Assembly (NCBI RefSeq): GCF_006345805.1
Contig: NC_043008.1
Span: 5,022,001-5,086,000, forward strand
DNA from: Octopus sinensis
Lineage: Eukaryota
DNA length: 64,000 nucleotides
Direction of reading: 5' to 3'
The notes below the pieces were generated by a model. That model saw only the letters and a list, made by a program, of their open reading frames with translations, was not told the origin of the DNA and ran no database searches. Within the stretch, counting starts at the first letter, position 1; the number at the start of each line of letters is the position of its first letter. Of the stretch, positions 60,788 to 64,000 are shown piece by piece. Made by a program: the position numbers and the translations under genes.

Positions 60788-61658
60788 GATATATTTATGC
60801 ATATGTATGTATATAAGTGTGGATGAGTGTAAGTGGGTTAATGTTTGTGTTTCCTTGTCTTAACATTGTGTGATGGTTGTAAACGAGTGCCACTGTCACA
60901 CAAGCAGTGTCATTCATTTCCAGTATTCTGCAAAAACATGTCCAGCCATGGAGAAATATTACGTTGCTTGGACATGGGCGAAGGCTGGTGACAGGAAAGG
61001 CATTCAGCCATAGAAAATCTGCCTCAATAAACTCTGATCCACAAATGATGAGGAATGGCAATAAATATATTATAAAAGTACAGACATGACTTTATGGTCG
61101 AGAAGTTTGCTTCCCAACTGTGTGCTTTCAGTTTCAGGCCCACTGACTGTACCTTAGGTAAAGGTTTTCTACTATAGCCCTGGGCCAAACAGAGCCAGAA
61201 ACTGAAAGAAGTCCATCATATGTGTGTGTGTGTCCATGTCAAATACTAGATGTAAACAAATGTCACCATCAAAAGGCATCATTTTGCTTGCAATTTTTCA
61301 TGAAAAATATCCAGACTAAGAGAAAAAAAAGGTTGGCAACATGAAAAGTATTTGGTTGTAGAAAATCTGACTCAAAGAAATTACTCTGAAAAGTAGACAT
61401 TAAAACAACAACAACAACAACGACGATATAATACAAAATGTTAATTAGCCTTAGCTTATTTAAACCAAAACACTTGTATTAAAAACTGTTTATTATCATG
61501 CCATGGTTTAGCTCTCAGTGAGATCAAGTCTGTGATTCTAAATTGGGTTGTTCAACACGTGGAATTTAATAAATCTTGGAAGTATAAACTCCATAATTTT
61601 TTTATTATTCTCACAACTCTGAAGCTTCTTACTGACCATGTGCTTTGATTATGCACAG

Positions 61659-61845
61659 GAGTGTATAATTATGAAAGAGGGGAAAGGCCAAGGAAGATGC
61701 AGCACAGTATGTTCTGGGATGATATGATAGCAATTGGAGTTGGTGCAAGAGGAACCAGGAGGAAGGCGAGCAATTGGGATGTTTGGAGGTTTGCTGCCCA
61801 TTTTGCTGACAGCACCAAAGGATCTAAGAGCTAAGAGCTGAAGTT
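61659..61845 (+). mobile_element. Probable 3' end of a third, old RTE-type family
   Basis: YERGERPRK....WDDM..IGV......A..WDVWR....ADSTKG resembles the RTE C-terminal RGRPRK.W..DM..G...A.DR..WR...ADP; tandem ctaagag tail. Confidence 0.45.
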
Positions 61846-62339
61846 TCTGGCTCATAGAACGTATGAACACTTTAAGAGGTCATAAAACATAATTTTGTTA
61901 GCATCAAATATGTGTAACTTATTGTTTTTGAATTTGTTTAACTTTGCTGTAAAAAGAAAGAAGAGCATTGCTGACAGTATTTTCAGTGCTATTTTGACCA
62001 AAGTTTGCAGAGAACTTGGTGACAGATCAAACTTTTGATATCTAAGACCACCCTTGGTTCTAAGATATTAACTTTTTGTTTTAAAGTAATCTAATTGAAT
62101 AAATCAATGACTGACGGATTTGAAACGGTGACCATCTTGTCTATTTCTTTCATCCCCCCCCCCCCCAGACAGTGCGTCTTGTATTACATTTCCAGCATAC
62201 CATTATTTTTTAAGAAGGTGCAATTTGAGGGAGATTTGGTAGCTATTCTTTGCAGGTCAAGTGACCATATAGAAGGTCACTCTACAATCATCAAGTTTGA
62301 GAAGAAAAACTTGTGTAATAACAACAGAAGATAAGTAAG

Positions 62340-62640
62340 ATGGATGCTATGGTGGGTGACTGAGCATCCAATTTACTGGGTTTTTTGGGTTTTTTCTTCA
62401 TGGTTGCCCTCTAAAGTATGTGTGTGTTGCTATAGTCCCATACCAAATATATGATCAGCATTCCAACATAGGACAACTCAAACTCTTGTAAACTGTTGCC
62501 ATCTGTTCAGAGGTGAGTCTCTTTTAACTCTAAAAAGGCAGAACTTCCATTGTGATACATTCTTGACTATGGAGAAAATATGAGATTATATCATCAGTGA
62601 ATTGCAAGTCATATGAAAGCAAGAAAAATCAATTCTAGGA
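62340..62640 (-). mobile_element. Degraded CR1/L2-type LINE RT C-terminal fragment
   Basis: Minus strand VYKSLSCPMLEC*SYIW resembles LYKSL.RP.LEY.S.IW. Confidence 0.4.
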
Positions 62641-64000
62641 AAAATAAGGAAAGGAAATTCTGATCAATACATTTAGATCAAAAGAAATAAAACTGTAAGG
62701 GGATTTTTAACCAGGATGATATATATTTTTTTTTCTGGTACTCTTTCAGTTATAACAACAAGGATTCCAGTTAATCCATTCAATGGAACAACCTGCTCAT
62801 GAAATTAATGTGCAAGTATTCCTCCCACACACACACACTATTTTATTAAAGCCAAAATGAAACCTGTGTGTTTGTGAAGATTTTTCCAGCTTTAATAAAA
62901 TAAGTGTTTTACTCTACCGTTGGTGTTCAGGTACTATTTTTTCCACCTTGCTTAGTACCTATGTACTTTTGTGTGTGTGTGTACACGTCGAATGATGAGA
63001 ATGAGTGCTTGATGAGACCTTTCCCGAGACATTGTGTTTTCATCCAAAATGAAGATGAACATCATTCCGCAATGAGATCAGTTTGAAAAATTGTTAAGAT
63101 ATTGTGATATTTTTCTTAACATGAAACCAATGGTAGCCTTCATATGCAAATATATATATCTATCTATATATATATATATATATATCTATATATATATATA
63201 TATATAATTTCTCTGTTTCCCCCAAAATGTCAGCAAATTGATTAAGTCCTCATGATATAAGAAGACAGAAAAGCCTGATATATCAAGCTAAACTGTTTGT
63301 CAGAGAACGAACAAAGTTTAAATGTCATGATTATCTGTCCAACAATATTAAACTCTACATGTGTTGAGTTTCCCTTTTCTTTTACTTTTTTTAACACATT
63401 TTTACATTTTAATGTATATAGATGTTATGCCATAAATCTTGAATTTCAAACGAAAGCTTTAACCTCAACAGTAAATATTTTTTTTCCAACTGTATTTCAA
63501 AATATATTTAAATGAGAATAAAAATCGACCAAAGAGATGACTACCGATATTTTTGTAGAGCAGCAAATGATCTTGTTGTGAGACATTAATAATGTACAGC
63601 TGTGCTAACTGTGTTCAGTGTTATCACAGACATATTAGAATTCTCAGATCTTCATGTTATATCATTTCAGGTTTTAAATGACAAGAAATCTACAGAAATC
63701 AATATTTACTGCTTAAAACATTTTCTTGCCATTCTTCATTCCCTCCTCTTTAACTATATATATATATATTTTTTTTTTTTTTTTGTTCTGTTTTGATGAT
63801 TTGGCATCAGAGATACAGTGATGAGAACTTGCACTTCATAAAATGAGAGAGTTTATCCATGTTCAGCAGTGTTTGGTTCTACTGAAGTAAATTTATTGTT
63901 GAAAAGGTTCATCCTTAGCTTCAATGTTTGTGTAGTTGGAGAACTTTTGGTGAATCCAGTCAGAATAGAAGGCAACACGTGTATAGACACTGGGATATCC

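Noticed and set aside
61649-61870. Minus-strand 73-aa ORF, or + strand candidate exon at 61659, as a neighbouring host gene
   Set aside because: No recognisable host protein. The + frame resembles an RTE C-terminus with a tandem tail and no partner exons were found. Not fully excluded without a database search.

Overview
AT-rich metazoan genomic DNA, most likely an octopus or related coleoid (inferred from the SINE/RTE repeat repertoire; not proven). The only host gene I can support is the 3' part of mTOR on the + strand: 19 coding exons, 2641-51530, 2229 nt, 742 aa plus stop. They cover the end of FAT, FRB, the PI3K-like kinase domain, the regulatory insert and FATC. All 18 introns are GT-AG with consistent phases. 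The introns and downstream flank are packed with mobile DNA: an RTE-clade LINE (several RT fragments and about 20 3'-UTR-only copies), two other RTE-type fragments, CR1/L2 remnants, three tRNA-derived SINE families, two mariner relics, TTAA MITEs and a TA-flanked fold-back element. The most unusual observations are: (1) a PHD finger inside the RTE reverse transcriptase; (2) an RTE 3' UTR built of variable-number hairpin modules, present in both orientations throughout the pre-mRNA; (3) a ~540-nt near-perfect hairpin element, one copy ~550 nt past the mTOR stop; (4) a 4.4-kb G-free trinucleotide satellite in an intron of the kinase domain; (5) a structured neighbourhood around a 63-nt symmetric exon in the regulatory insert; (6) mTOR codons that differ from conserved residues, two of them restorable by A-to-I editing. 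No CRISPR, rRNA or genuine tRNA genes were found. Repeat boundaries are approximate; exon boundaries were counted base by base.
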